Position numbers and translations under genes: made by a program
Assembly (NCBI RefSeq): GCF_006345805.1
Contig: NW_021835040.1
Coordinates: 1 to 64,000, forward strand
Direction of reading: 5' to 3'
From: Octopus sinensis
Taxonomy: Eukaryota
DNA: 64,000 bases
Shown: piece by piece, positions 40,186 to 55,499 of the stretch
Layout of the letters: each line of letters opens with the position of its first letter
Position numbering within the stretch: position 1 is the first letter of the stretch
Notes under the pieces: generated by a model
Told to the model about the DNA's origin: nothing
The model's database searches: none
Seen by the model: only the letters and a program-made list of their open reading frames with translations

Positions 40186-40654
40186 ATATATATATACATG
40201 GTGCAAAAAATAAAAGAAATGGAATGCGGAGAAGAGCTAAAAGTAAACATTGCAAACCGGGTGTTTTAAAGTGACGCCCAGGCTTGTGTAGTACATCGTA
40301 AACGTTTCAAACCGTTTGCACTTCTACAGAAAAGATAGATTAGTAGAGCCAAATAAGGTATAGAAACCAAACCAATAGCGAATTTTATCAGTTCTAAAGG
40401 GTCAGATCATCCTAAAAATATGTAAACAAACCCAAAATATGTAAAGAAACTTCGTAAGTTACGGAGATAAAACGACTATGGAAGTGTGTTAGTACAATCA
40501 TAATTATATAATAATATCTATACTCCGATTTAAAGCAACATTTTTATATAAGCAATTGAATGAAAAATGGTGGTCTAAGCCTGGCCAAAATCGAATCCAC
40601 ATATCGACGTTAACATGGCTCCTTGTGCAACCGATTGGGCCAAACGCCCGCCCA

Positions 40655-40792
40655 AAGTGCTTACCAACCACATGGTTCTGGTTTCAGTCCCATTGCGTGG
40701 CACCGTGGGCTAGTGTCTTCTACTATAGCCTCGGGCAGACCAAAGCCTTGTGAGTGGATTTGTTAGATAGAAACTGAAATAATCCCGTTGTA
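40655..40792 (+). mobile_element. Family B SINE 5' half
   Basis: gcttaccaaccacatggttctggtttcagtcccattgcgtggcacc...aaagccttgtgagtggattt. Confidence 0.85.
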
Positions 40793-41295
40793 TATATATA
40801 TATATATATAGTACAGTTTGGGAAAATGACTTGTAGTCTCCAGACATTGTCTATTCATGTAATCCCATTTCTTATCAAGCATTAAAATATTACGTGTGTG
40901 CATGTTTTCACAGAAGCGTACATATTTACACACGTACACATTCACAGAGATAGATCCATCATATGAATGTGAACTTGTATAAAAATAATTGCACATTATC
41001 GTTACTTTTTCTTCCGAAATGTTTCTCGATATCAGTATCATTGTGTGCAGTTACGCGTATGGAAATATGCGTAAAGTTTGCTATATCTACATTAAAAGGG
41101 ATTTTGAGAAGGAAAAAAATATTTAACACAGATCGGATCAATGTCAATGTTTAAGTTCAGGATTATTTGTCAACTGAATAACCTCACAAGAGTTTTCACA
41201 CATGATATGCTCTATTATTATTAGAACCTATATTTCCTTTATCTGTCTACTAAGATTTCAATGTATGTGCCGTATCAATATTGATATCTATAATA

Positions 41296-41920
41296 AGGCG
41301 TTGAGCTGGTAGAATCTATAATAAGTCGGTGAGCCGGGCAAAATGCTTAGCGGCATTTCGTCCGATTTTACATTCTAAATTCAAACGTTGTCGAAGTCGA
41401 TATTTCGGGCCGATAAAGTGAGTACCAGTCATAAACTATGGTCTACGACATGGAATTTTCCCCTCTCCCGAAACTGCTGCCATTTGCGAAATTTTGAAAT
41501 GGCAGAATCGTCAGCTTGATATTCCTTTAGGATCTTTAATGTCTGAGTCCAAATTTCTTCGACCTTGATGTTTGCGTTGCATACTATTATTGTATAATGT
41601 CATCAAATACAATAATGAGTATCCGTTGAGCAATGGGCTGGATGTAAGCGACTTGTACATTCAATTTCAAAACTGATGGCCTTGTAAAAAATTTAGAAAG
41701 AATATGTCGGTCTGGAACTTTGATACGGCAGCAGTAATTTTGGTGTAGTGTCTAGGTCGATTAAACTGTCCCCTGCATTCACCAGGTATTTATTCTTTCG
41801 AACCGGAAATGATGAACGGCAAAGTCAACCGTGGTAGAATTTGATTTCAGCGCGGAAGCACAAACGAAATACCTTTAAAGATCTCCTCCGGCGCGTAAAC
41901 GTTACTGCCTGTTCGCAGGT
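41296..41920. mobile_element. Two diverged family A SINEs (41296-41505 plus, ~41700-41920 minus)
   Basis: aaggcgttgagctggtagaa...gccgggcaaaatgcttagcggcatttcgtc; gaaatgatgaacggcaaagtcaaccgtggtagaatttga. Confidence 0.7.
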
Positions 41921-42126
41921 TTAGGAAGAATATTACCACAGATGTTTCGTTAAGACACCTTATGTGTTTAGTACAAGTCCTGGTGGCGTTGAAATACCTT
42001 CTCATTCTTTCGTAGTCCATCAATTAAATAGTTGTTAGATTATACGTCACCTATTTTTAAAATGTGCGTACATTAAACACGAATGACGATGTTGACTATA
42101 TTTCTGGAATGCATATTTTGTTAACC

Positions 42127-42205
<79 letters not shown>

Positions 42206-43269
42206 ATATATATATAAATTTATTGAATAATCCTGCAACAAGTTCAATTATAGCTTCTCGATCAAAAGGAACATAGCTGTAACTTTTATTCTTTTCTTTT
42301 CAATTTTTGTTCACCCTCCAAACTTTTCATCTGCTTTCTCCATTTTTCTTGTAATTTCTGTTGTATTGGCGTCATGATTTGGAAATAGAATCGACCATGT
42401 GCTCAGAAACTGTAGATTTGTTGATGTCACAAGGCATGCTTTAAAAATGTTCCCAGACAGGTGTCTCCAAAGGAAGACACTATTAGTAGCTTTTCATATA
42501 TTGATGTGTTCATTAAATGATATTAATATATGTGTTATTTTAAATATGCTAGAAATATTAAATCTAGTAATCTTTGAAGTTACATCAATGTATGGTTAAA
42601 CATGTGTTCTTCCAAAAAATAACTGAACTCATCATTTCATATCTGAGACAATAAGATTTGTGATACGCTCCCAGATTGCAACAATGAATGATTTTGAAGA
42701 TGTAAACTAGAAAAAAAAAACCATCACCATTTTTATTTATATTTTTCATTAGGGAATTACCAATACAGATGCAACAAGGCAAGTCGAAATAAACTAAACC
42801 AAAACATAGCCCCTTAATATACGTACATACATGCATACACACATACATACATACTTATATACACACATGATGCATGCATATATATATATATTATATATAT
42901 ATTGATAGATAGATATATATACATACATATACATGTATGCTTATATGTGTATGTGTTTGTATATATATATGTATATACTTACGCATATATACCTGTATAT
43001 AAATATATGCTTATATGTATATAATTATCCATGTGCATAATATTGAAAGAAAAATTCTGACTGTCACTTGATATTACATAAGACGCATATTGTATAGAGA
43101 AACCAAACAATCAGGCTAATCGTGACGTCAATCTGTGAGTAATATCAGGCTTACATATATGTGTAAGAACCTGTGCGTATGTATATAGGAATCTGCCTAT
43201 GTATATATATATCTATCTATCTCTCTGTTAGTCAGTTTGTTTATCACTATATCTATATATCTGTCTCTC

Positions 43270-43620
<351 letters not shown>

Positions 43621-44193
43621 ATACATGTATACACGCATACTACATACACACACTTATATGTTTGTCTGCATACACACACACACACACAAAATCATACTGC
43701 ATCATTATGCATCCATTCATATTCTGAATTAAATACATATATATATATATATATACATATATATACATGCATAAATTAAAGTATACATACTTGTACATAT
43801 ATACATATAAATTTGCATACACACATACACACACACACAGAGAACACATATGGGCAATTCAATGAATGTAAGTATTAAATTATCTGCCGAAAACATGCTT
43901 ATTACAGTAATATTGAATCAGAAAAGCTTTAAATGCAAACAGTATCACACTGACAACACTATACAGATATTCCATCTTATATTTAGATTCAATTTCGTCT
44001 TAGGTTTGGAACACTTTACGTATGGAGGCATACGTTCGTCTGCCTTTTCTCTTTTCCTCACCGCGTATATTTGTAGACATACCTATATGCATGTGTATAT
44101 ATGTACGTATATATGTATGTATGTATGTACGCATGTACGTATGTATATATGTATGCATGTATGTATGTATGCATATATATATATATACGCATG

Positions 44194-44224
<31 letters not shown>

Positions 44225-44330
44225 GTGTATACATATATGTATATATATTTATATATATGTACATATATAATATAATACACGTATATATATATATATATAT
44301 ACATGTGTATATATATGTATATGTATATGG

Positions 44331-44361
<31 letters not shown>

Positions 44362-44512
44362 ATATAGATATATAGATATATACATATATATTGATATAAG
44401 TATGTGTGAGTACGTGAGAGTGTAGAAATTTGTATGTGTTTAAATATCTATATATAGAGAGACATAGATAGATATAGATATATATATATACACACACATA
44501 CATACATATATA

Positions 44513-44547
<35 letters not shown>

Positions 44548-45354
44548 CATATATAGATAGATCGATATATATATATATATAGATATAGATAGATAGAAAG
44601 ATATACAGATAGAAATGCATGTTTATATACATATATATATATATATATATAAGTGTGTGTGTATGTGTGTTTGTAAGTTACTGTGCGTCCGTGTGTTTGT
44701 AGGAAATACCATTATTCTAAAACGCTGGTCTTTATATTTCCAAGGATGTACGTATACTCGTCCACATCAAGCGTATAATTATATATCTATCACTATAATA
44801 CCTATATACATTAATGTCTACACACGTTTATACATTTTCGTATACCAGAGCAACAGCTGTAAACGCACGCATACATATATACGTTTACATATACACATAC
44901 ACATATGAATTATTTACCGTCGCACATGTACGTGCCTGTGGAATCGATATATTTGTCTGTACGAGCATTGATATATCCTCAATGCTTGGTGAGGTTTTCC
45001 GAAAATACCAAGTGATAATGGTATTAAACATGTCGGTGTTATTTGCTAGTGCAAATGGTCGCAAATTGAACCATTATTCGCATGGTTAACTTCAGTTTCG
45101 ACATCCATATACGTTGTAATCGTCTTCTTCTTGCCGACACTTTCTCCTTCGAAGAACTGGTTAAAGATTATAATCTACAATTTTACTTTCGAATTACGAA
45201 ATATAGAAAATATTAGACTGAGTGAAAGATGAAAAGCGAAAGAAAAAAAGAAACGAAAAGAAAACAAGAAGCGAAAAAAAAAAAAAGAAATACATTAAAA
45301 GAAACTAAAAATGATTTAGTACACATGAGCACCCTGAGAAACTTACTAGACTCC

Positions 45355-45457
45355 GATGAGGATGATGATGGTAATGGTGATGATGATGATAATGGTGATG
45401 ATGATGGTGATGATGGTGATGATGATGGTGATGATGATGATGATGATGATGACGCTG

Positions 45458-45515
<58 letters not shown>

Positions 45516-45886
45516 CTCCACATTCCCCTCCACTTCCTCCTCCTCTTCTACTACCCCTAACAATAATAATAATGATAATAATAATGGTAACTTCTTATAA
45601 TAATTGTAATAAGAATATTCAAACCAACAACAAGAATATCAATAGTAAAGAGAACAATAGAGAAAAGGAAAAAATAATGGTAAATGTAATAATAAAATGT
45701 ATTGAGAAGACGACACTTAAGAGCAAAGTAGGTCGGATGACATTGGTGATGACAAAATTGAAGACGATCATTGCGAGAATACTGGTGATGACGATAGTGG
45801 TGATGGTGATAATAGTTACCAACATGATCATAAAGATGATGTCGACGACGACGCCGACGATGATGATAATGATAATGAAGGTGATG

Positions 45887-45918
<32 letters not shown>

Positions 45919-46042
45919 GATGATGATGGTGATGTTGATGGTGGTGGTGATGGTGGTGGTGATGATGGTGATGGTGGTGGTGATGGTGATGGTGATGGTG
46001 ATGGTGATGATGATGATGATGATGATGATGACGATGACGATG
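45355..46042. repeat. Compound triplet repeats (GAT/GGT, ACT, GCT, AAT)
   Basis: Direct inspection. Confidence 0.9.
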
Positions 46043-46514
46043 CGATGAGGTGTGGCGGGGGGGGCAAGTGCATGGATCGTGCTACATCTTTACCACCCGC
46101 AGGTTACTAACATCTAAAAATGTCCGTCAATTACAGGAAGTGAAAAAAGAAAAAGAGCGAATAAAAAGCGCGTAAAATGAAACAAATTTTCACCGCAAAC
46201 AAGCCAATAAAAGCGATTGGAGACAGTGGGGGGGGGGAAAGAGAAGAAACACAGCAAACTTTTGATACGCACCTAATGTCGACATTTGCAGATACTCGTT
46301 ATCAATTATGTATTGTCTCAATGATTCCAGCATTTCATTCATATTGAACGAAATTTACGCAATTTCCGAAAGTTACCTATATAATAAATGCAATCGCTAA
46401 CCATTTCAGTGGAACCAGAAGCGTGCGCGTGTGTATGTAGGCAGGAGCGTATCTAAGTGTGCACAAACATAAATGCATTCGTATATGTAAGTACATATAT
46501 ATATAACATACATA

Positions 46515-46558
<44 letters not shown>

Positions 46559-46676
46559 GCATATATATATATGTATATGCAGTTATATATACATATAGAT
46601 GTAAGTATGTACATATTAGTATGTATATATGCATGTTTTTTATTTATTTATTACAGTGTTATTATATATATATTAC

Positions 46677-46707
<31 letters not shown>

Positions 46708-47404
46708 TATATATATATATATATACTATATGTATATGTATGTATGTATATATATATATATGGAGAGAGAGACATATATATATATATAATATATATATAA
46801 TCGGTGGGTGTGAGCGCCAGTGTGTTTGTGTGCGGTGCGTGTATGTGGAGGTAGATAAAGTGATAGATAGAGGGACCTAGTGATGGAGGGAGAGGCACGC
46901 GAAGACATAGAAAAGGTGAGAGAAAGTATTAAATTCAGGAATTGGCAAATAGATTTAAGTAAAAACCATTGCAGCGTGTATGTAGATGTGTATATGTATC
47001 AGAAGATTCTAGAAAAAGATGGATGGGGGACAGAATTAAGGAAAATTGGTTGAGAGAGAGAGGGAGATAGAAAAGAGAGAGAGAGATTTGGGGAGAGAGG
47101 GAAGAGCATGGAGAGATAGATCTTTTGGTGCCGACACTTTTTCATTGTTTCCGAGATCGTAATTTAAAAAATTTATTTAGTTTGTATATCTGAAATCTGT
47201 TACTTTGAGATTATTCTTCAGTGTGCTTCTTTCATCCTTCGTTTGTTGTTGTTGTTGTTGCTGTTGTGATGATGATGATGATGATGTTGTGGCTCTGGTC
47301 TCGTGGTGTATTCGATGCTTTTGTAACTGTTTTTTTTTTAAAATTACTTTCATTTATTTATTGCAGAAATGCTCCCAATAAATTTGACGATGATTTATTG
47401 TAAA

Positions 47405-47705
<301 letters not shown>

Positions 47706-47764
47706 CTCTGGGCTGCGAGTTTGCACAATCGTTAGCACGCTGGACGAAATGCTTAGCACGTACT

Positions 47765-48110
47765 TCTCGAGACTTTTGCTCACTGTTCCCAGGGCTCCGA
47801 CAATTATTGATACTACTGCTACTTTTTCATCAATCTCAACTGCTTAACTTCCCAAGCTAACCTGTCACATCCCACAACCTTTCTTTCTTCCTTATCGCAT
47901 ACCTTGTTTTCAGCTGGGCATGCTATATCTATGACCCAGCATAGTTTGTTTTCTTTCTCAATTATGGTAGGATGAACGATTAATTCCGTTTCCAAACCTG
48001 ACAGTGTGAAGTCCAAACGTTCCTTGCAAAATAACATTCTCATATTTAAAGGGCTGCGAAGTGATTTTCGTCCTTTGCTTAAGTTGAAGTCTAGACACAA
48101 GACGAATGCG
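47765..48110 (-). mobile_element. RLE-type (R4/Dong-like) LINE endonuclease fragment
   Basis: IIEKENKLCWVIDIACPAENKVCDKEERKV...DRLAWEVKQL, then after a frameshift VVSIIVGALGTVSKSLEK; the catalytic RPD motif is decayed. Confidence 0.85.
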
Positions 48111-48220
48111 CAACGCAGAGGTACCGAACCCACAACCAGCGAATAACAAATATATATTCTTAACCTATATATATATGAATACTAACGAGTATGCATTGAT
48201 GAATTCCGCTATTTTTATCC

Positions 48221-48221
<1 letters not shown>

Positions 48222-48301
<80 letters not shown>

Positions 48302-48331
48302 TTATCTATCTGTCTATCTATCTATCTATCT
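48222..48331. repeat. (TATC)n, left flank of the Tx1/L1 element
   Basis: Direct inspection. Confidence 0.95.
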
Positions 48332-49760
48332 GGTGGCGCGAACACGTACATCGCGTCCGTCATCTTACTACAAACTGACCGTCGTACCTGTCCCGACCCT
48401 ACCATCACCAAACTACAACGTCTCTTTCGCTTCTTGTGGAAAGGATGCGTCCCGATGGTCAGGCCGATCATTTGCTGTCAAACACCGTTAAAAGGAGGGC
48501 TGGGCATGCCGTGGTTGATGATGCGCAGATACACGCGCTGAGACTGCGACATCTCTGGCTCTATGTAGACGACGGTGAACAGGTGTGGTCGCCGTTTGTG
48601 AGGCACGCTTTCCCGCAGCTCGTCTCCATGACCGAACTGCAGTCGTGGATCAAAAAGAGGCCGAGGAGGAAGGGCGAATGGCACCGCGAGGTGTCGCGTT
48701 GCTCTCAAGCAACTCTGCCGTCCTGGGTCGACCTTAAGTGACTTCAACACAACCAAAGCATTCTATAGGGGTTTAGTGGAGAGGAGGTACGACGACGAGC
48801 TCGGGGCGAACCTGGACGTCGACGAGGAGTACCTGACCCACCTGTTCAGGACGACTTTCGGGCCAGGGCCCATTGACAACTTCCAGAGATCCCTGGCCTG
48901 GCAGTGCTACCGAGAAGCGCTACCCGTTCGGGATAAGCTCTACAGACACGGCTCGAGAAACACGGGGCCGACCTGCCCGAGATGCGGTCAGAGCGACGAA
49001 ACCGTTCTGCACGCACTCGTTCAGTGTCCAACAATTTCCGACCTGTGGGCTTATGTCGAACAACTGCTGTCACGTGTGGGACGAGTCGGTTTTTATCAGC
49101 TGAGTCTATCGTCAATATTGTCACGCCTCCTTCCTTCAAACGGGAAGGAAGAGCTATTTTTCATCCTTGTGGCTATGGCGAAAGAATGTATCTGGAGGAC
49201 GCGTCTCAAAGGATTGGAGACAAACACTTTCCTCTCTGGTCAATCTCTCATCAACTTCTTCAAGTACACTTGAAAAGGAAAGTGAGAGTAGAGAGGCAAG
49301 TTTGGTCTAGCGAAGTTTTAAAAAAAGATGGGTGAATGTAGCAAGAATGGCACGTATGAATGACGAAGCCACCTTGAGCATAGTCCTATGAAACAAGAAA
49401 TCGAAAACAGAGAGTTGCTTATTTGCAAAAAAAAAAAAAAAAAAAGAAAATATAAAATGTGACTTCATTGACCGAGGTTACCGTGGTCTTTTCCGTAGGC
49501 TTTTCTTTCCACGGGTAAACCTCACCTGTCCTCCCCTTACACTTCATATTGACATTTCTGTGATAACGATCCTATTGATCAATTTTTTTTTTCCTCCCCC
49601 CCTTTTTTTTAACACCCCTTTTTTGTCCTCTTTCTCTCCTTTTACGATCCCTTTGATCGAAACTCCCCCCTTTCCTTTTTTTTTTTAAACCTTCAAAGAA
49701 AAGCTCTACCTTGTAATTTGTTCTATCTGTGTGCAGCCTGTGTGGCTAATAAAGAAACAT
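48332..49760 (+). mobile_element. 5'-truncated Tx1/L1-clade LINE: post-RT region, zf-RVT, 3' UTR to AATAAA
   Basis: Frameshifted YKLTVVP...FRFLWKG...KGGLGMP; SLAWQCYREALPVRDKL; CPRCGQSDETVLHALVQCPTISDLW; stop at 49389-49391; AATAAA at 49748-49753, then (TATC)n. Confidence 0.9.
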
Positions 49761-49851
49761 ATATATCTATCTATCTGTCTACATCTATCTATCCGTCTAT
49801 CCATCTATCCATCTATCTATCCATCTATCTATCTATCTATTTATCTGTCTC

Positions 49852-49920
<69 letters not shown>

Positions 49921-49972
49921 ATATCTATATATCTATCTATCTATATCTCCGTCTATCTATCTATCTATCTAC

Positions 49973-50028
<56 letters not shown>
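49761..50028. repeat. (TATC)n, right flank of the Tx1/L1 element
   Basis: Direct inspection. Confidence 0.95.
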
Positions 50029-50239
50029 GCATGTGTGTCTATGTGTGTGTCTCTGGTTACATAAGCCAGTGGGTAGCATCATCTATTTTCAAGAATACCC
50101 ACCATTATATCTTTAGGCAGAGTTACATGTTTTCTCCATACTCTTTCTAATGGTCTGTCTTTGTGTTCTTTGTGTCCTTGCCTGTGTGAATCTGTATGAA
50201 TAATTATGCACCAATCTCTGCAAATCAGAAGCTTACTTC

Positions 50240-50418
50240 CATTATTCACGTATATATATATATGTATACATCATTATCTATACACAGCATATGCATATAT
50301 ATATATGTACATACAAACATATGTTTACAAAGCACATGCATATATATATATATCTATAACATACATATATGTATAAATATATATATATATATATATGCAT
50401 AATATTTTATACATATAA

Positions 50419-50470
<52 letters not shown>

Positions 50471-50559
50471 ATTATATATATATTATACATATATATACTA
50501 CGCATTATATGCTGGCTGTCACCATATATCTCTTTCACTTCCAATTTTTCTCAATATAC

Positions 50560-50595
<36 letters not shown>

Positions 50596-50750
50596 ATGTG
50601 TGCGCATGTGTACCTATATATGAATATATGTACATATATATAACATATGTACAATGTATATAAATATGTTTGTATAAACATGTACACATAGGAACAAATA
50701 CCACACAGGCACAAGACATACAGGCACACACACATACATAAATACATACA

Positions 50751-50798
<48 letters not shown>

Positions 50799-50825
50799 TA
50801 TATATATGTATATATAATATATATA

Positions 50826-50860
<35 letters not shown>

Positions 50861-50862
50861 AG

Positions 50863-50894
<32 letters not shown>

Positions 50895-51263
50895 TATTAT
50901 ATATATCTTTTTTTCGACTGTGTGTCTTTCATTTTGGCTGTCTCAGAATTCCAATCTTATTACAGCCCTTCTTCGTTCATTGCCTTTAGGAAAGATATTC
51001 AGTGTAAATGGAACGTCTCCTCGAATTAAATATTCATTGAGAGGATAACAAAGTGAACTATTTGGTGTCAAAATTTGGATTCTCTGTTTAATAATTACAG
51101 AAGCCTTCCAGTCTGCGGAATATTTGTTGCCATTTCCGAACTGTGTTCATTAGCCTCTGGAGGTGTATTCTTCAATATGGCAAGGTCAGCGGACAAAACT
51201 ACTCACCTGCTGTTAGGAAGCGTCTACTATACCGAATGAGACATATACATATACATATATACA

Positions 51264-51346
<83 letters not shown>

Positions 51347-51401
51347 TAGATAGATAGATAGATAGATAGACATATATTATACTTTATAATATATACATAT
51401 T

Positions 51402-51432
<31 letters not shown>

Positions 51433-51691
51433 GTATGTATATATATATGTACATCTGTATATATACATATGTATATACATATATACATATGTATATATAT
51501 TGTATATATATATATTTGTATATATATATGTACATATGTATATATACATATGTATATACATATACATATATATATATGTACATATGTATATATATATATA
51601 ATATATATATATTATGTAGATAGATAGATAAACATATAGATGTAGATATATTATATATGCATGTATGTATTATGTATATATATATATATAT

Positions 51692-51725
<34 letters not shown>

Positions 51726-52116
51726 TATATATTATATATATATTATATATGTGTTGTACAAACAATTTAAAAACATATCCTGTCAACAACTCTATGCGAG
51801 CATATATACAGACGTGGTACATACACCATGCTTACAACAACTTATTTACACAGACACGGGCATATTCTTATGAGTGCCTTTTCACACGCGTATTTGTTAA
51901 ACAGCAAAGAAAGAAATGCCGTCTAAAATAAGAAAAGCTGAAGAACATACATAATTTATATTTTCAAGTTACATGATATATTTGATGGTGCACACACATG
52001 AATACACACCCCAACAAACATATATATAAACCCACGCACGCCCGCAAACAATCATACATACATACACAGACACACACGTAAAGTCTCACTCGCATAGATA
52101 TATTTACATCATACGG

Positions 52117-52157
<41 letters not shown>

Positions 52158-52198
52158 TGTATATACATATATACACACATATAAATACATATATACAT

Positions 52199-52243
<45 letters not shown>

Positions 52244-52437
52244 TACATATATATACATATGTATTCATATATATATACAGATATATGAATATGCATATAT
52301 GTAAATATATATATATACATATATATACACATACGTACATATATATATATAATATATATATATATACGTATATATATATATATATAATATATATATATAG
52401 AGACACACACACCACACACACACACACATATACTTAT

Positions 52438-52469
<32 letters not shown>

Positions 52470-52500
52470 AATATGACAGCGCTAATGTATATATACGTGT
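50240..52500. repeat. Large (TA)n/(TACA)n/(CA)n low-complexity block
   Basis: Direct inspection. Confidence 0.9.
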
Positions 52501-53040
52501 GCATAAAATATGCACATCCTATGTATGAAAAATCTATTTTCTTTATACGGAGATATATCTGAGTGCGTTTCTTTGTAGCTGTGTATGCGTATATCCTCTT
52601 ACGATCTATATATACGATGTGTGTGTGTGCGAGTGTGCGTATAAGAGTTGATAGCGAAGAGACAGTGATAAATATATTTTCTCAACATAACGAATGATCG
52701 TCAACTCCAGAATAGCTGCGAACATAAATAGCTGCTGCTTTAATGTGTGTTAGCGATCACATACAATTTCTAAGCATGTAGATGTCAGACGCGTTTATAT
52801 ATATATATATATATATATAAATTTATATATGTATATATATATTTATATGTATATGCATTCGTACATATGTGTGTATGTATGTGTGTGTGTATATGTGTTT
52901 AATTTTGAGGGGAGATGTTTTATGGTGTTTGTCATCCCATGTTACAATGTTTGATTTTATGTAGAAACACACAGGAATGAAAGGTACACACACACACACG
53001 AGGTTTTGGCCCGATAACTATGTATCTATCTGTCTGTCTG

Positions 53041-53086
53041 AACTTGTTCCATCTGTGTGCAGCCCTGTGTGGCCAATACAGAAACT
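53041..53086 (+). mobile_element. Extreme 3'-end copy of the Tx1/L1 element in (TATC)n
   Basis: ttgttccatctgtgtgcagccctgtgtggccaatacagaaac matches 49718-49758. Confidence 0.8.
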
Positions 53087-53272
53087 TATCTATCTATCTA
53101 TCAATCTATCTATATATCTATCTGTCTATCTATCTATCTATCAATCTATTTATCTATCTATTTATCCATCCATCCATCCATCCATCCATCTATCTATCTA
53201 TCAATCTATCTATTTATCTATCTATCTATATATCTATCCATCAATCTATCCATCTATCTCCCTCTATCTGCC

Positions 53273-53342
53273 AAAAAAGAAAAGCTCTACTTTGTAATCT
53301 GTCCCGTCTGTGTGCAACCCTGTGTGGCTAATAAAGAAACAT
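53273..53342 (+). mobile_element. Second extreme 3'-end copy of the Tx1/L1 element in (TATC)n
   Basis: aaagaaaagctctactttgtaatctgtcccgtctgtgtgcaaccctgtgtggctaataaagaaacata matches 49695-49761. Confidence 0.85.
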
Positions 53343-53386
53343 ATCTACCTATCTACCCTTCTGTCTATGTCTTTCTCTCTGTGTGA

Positions 53387-53452
<66 letters not shown>

Positions 53453-53642
53453 ATATGTGTTTGTGTGTATATACACTAACGTATATACATATTTATATAA
53501 ATAAGCATATTTATATATTTATCCACACACACATACACATATGTATGTGTGTGAGTATGTGTATGTAATATATGACATTGACATGTGTATATATATTGTA
53601 TGCATTATACTATATTTATGTAAACATATATATGTATGTATA

Positions 53643-53703
<61 letters not shown>

Positions 53704-54151
53704 TTGTGCGTATATATATGGGTTTTATATCGTCCATATTGAATGTTTATAATTTCAGTGTTTATTCCAATTAATTCCATGTTCTTGATATAATAGAAAA
53801 CATAGAGTCGATTTAATTTATCTTATGGTCTGATTACAGTTCTGCCACGGGTTCTATTGATGTTAATATGCATAAAAGAGGTACAAAGCCCACTAAAGAT
53901 TTTGTTCCTTATTCTTTGTCGCAGTGTGCCTGCCCTTAAGCTATCGGTTTCGACCCCGAATCAAGAAGAAAAAAAGGGAGAAAAAGAAACATACTATGCG
54001 AGATTCATTTAACGTGGATGGTATTCTGGTGCTTGTTCCTTCAGTCCTCTTTCTTAGAATTTGTAATACATTGGGTGCTTGTGTAGCGACTGCCAGAAAT
54101 ATGGAAATTTAGATAAACAAATTGTAGTACATCTAATAGATACATATATAT

Positions 54152-54207
<56 letters not shown>

Positions 54208-54375
54208 CATAGAGGCAGAAAACAAGGAAAATGCCACTTATATCTGAACACTATACAAATATTCCTTTAAAAAAACTTTTCTTTTAATTTTTCTAAATTT
54301 AATTAGTTACAGCTGGAAAGTCTGAAAATGACTGAAACCGGTACTGTTAGCATTTTCTATATTGACTTGTTTTTC

Positions 54376-54414
<39 letters not shown>

Positions 54415-54806
54415 ATAATAATAATATAATAAAATAATAATATAATAATAATAATAATAAAAAAAAATGTGACAACAAAAGAAGGACCTAGATATTAGGT
54501 AAATGGAGGATTATTTCCATATATTTGTGTATGCATGTACCTCTATATACACATGTTTGTGTGAGTGTGTACGTGTGTATACATTATGAATACAGGAGGT
54601 TTTTATGTCTTTGTATGGTAAGTAAATGGTTGCGTGAATTTTTTTTATCTTTCATATATTTTCCTACCTATTAGAGTAACTTCTCTTTCATTCCGCGGTT
54701 TTTCATAGCATCTATTTCCATTAATAGCCGAGAGGAAACGCATCGTATCTCTATCTCCGGCGTTTGAACTCCGAGTACTATTATGACCGACAACTTACTG
54801 ATAGTC

Positions 54807-54844
<38 letters not shown>

Positions 54845-55499
54845 TTATATATATATAAATATATATTATATCTGTAATCCCGGGGGTAAAGATGTGTCAT
54901 TGAAACGCCTTATTACTCTGATATAAGAAAGCAATTTCGTTCTGTCACAAAAGGTATATTTTCCGTCACGAGAAAGTAAAAAAAAAACTGTCAGCTGGAG
55001 AAGGAAAAGATTGTTGGAGGTTGTCGAGCGGCAAAGACATTATTGTGCTTAGCGAAGGCATCTTAAAAATGTATAACTGCTATTGTTCACAGAAAACGTA
55101 TTGTTTTCCCATGAGAAAAGCACTGTTGAAGTGAAATTTGGCAATCGAGGATCGAGTCCACGCTTTGCCTGTATGAAGCCATTAAAAATACGTTGTGGAA
55201 TAAAAAAAATACCTACTCTCATGGAAAAAGTGTAACTGTAAAAATGCAGAATTATCGGAGTAATGGACATTCAATAAAGTATGCATGTATAGATATGTAT
55301 GAATGAAGTCTTTAAAGTGTAAGAATCAAATTAAAGAAGTGCAATAATAATGTTTAGCAGTTCAAAACTGTGTGTAGTGAAATGCAGAACTAGATTGGCT
55401 GATCATGAGAATCAAATATTGATCCCTTCGCTAAAATCTTCTTGTGGTATGGGTTATTCTCCTTGAGTTATTTAAATAAAGTATTAGTAATATGTTGTA

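Noticed and set aside
45720-46130. Asp-rich open frame (biomineralisation-type protein)
   Set aside because: No start codon or signal peptide; explained by a decaying (GAT)n repeat.
50740-51740. Patterned single-base interruptions in (TA)n arrays
   Set aside because: Indistinguishable from slippage or long-read consensus error without raw reads.
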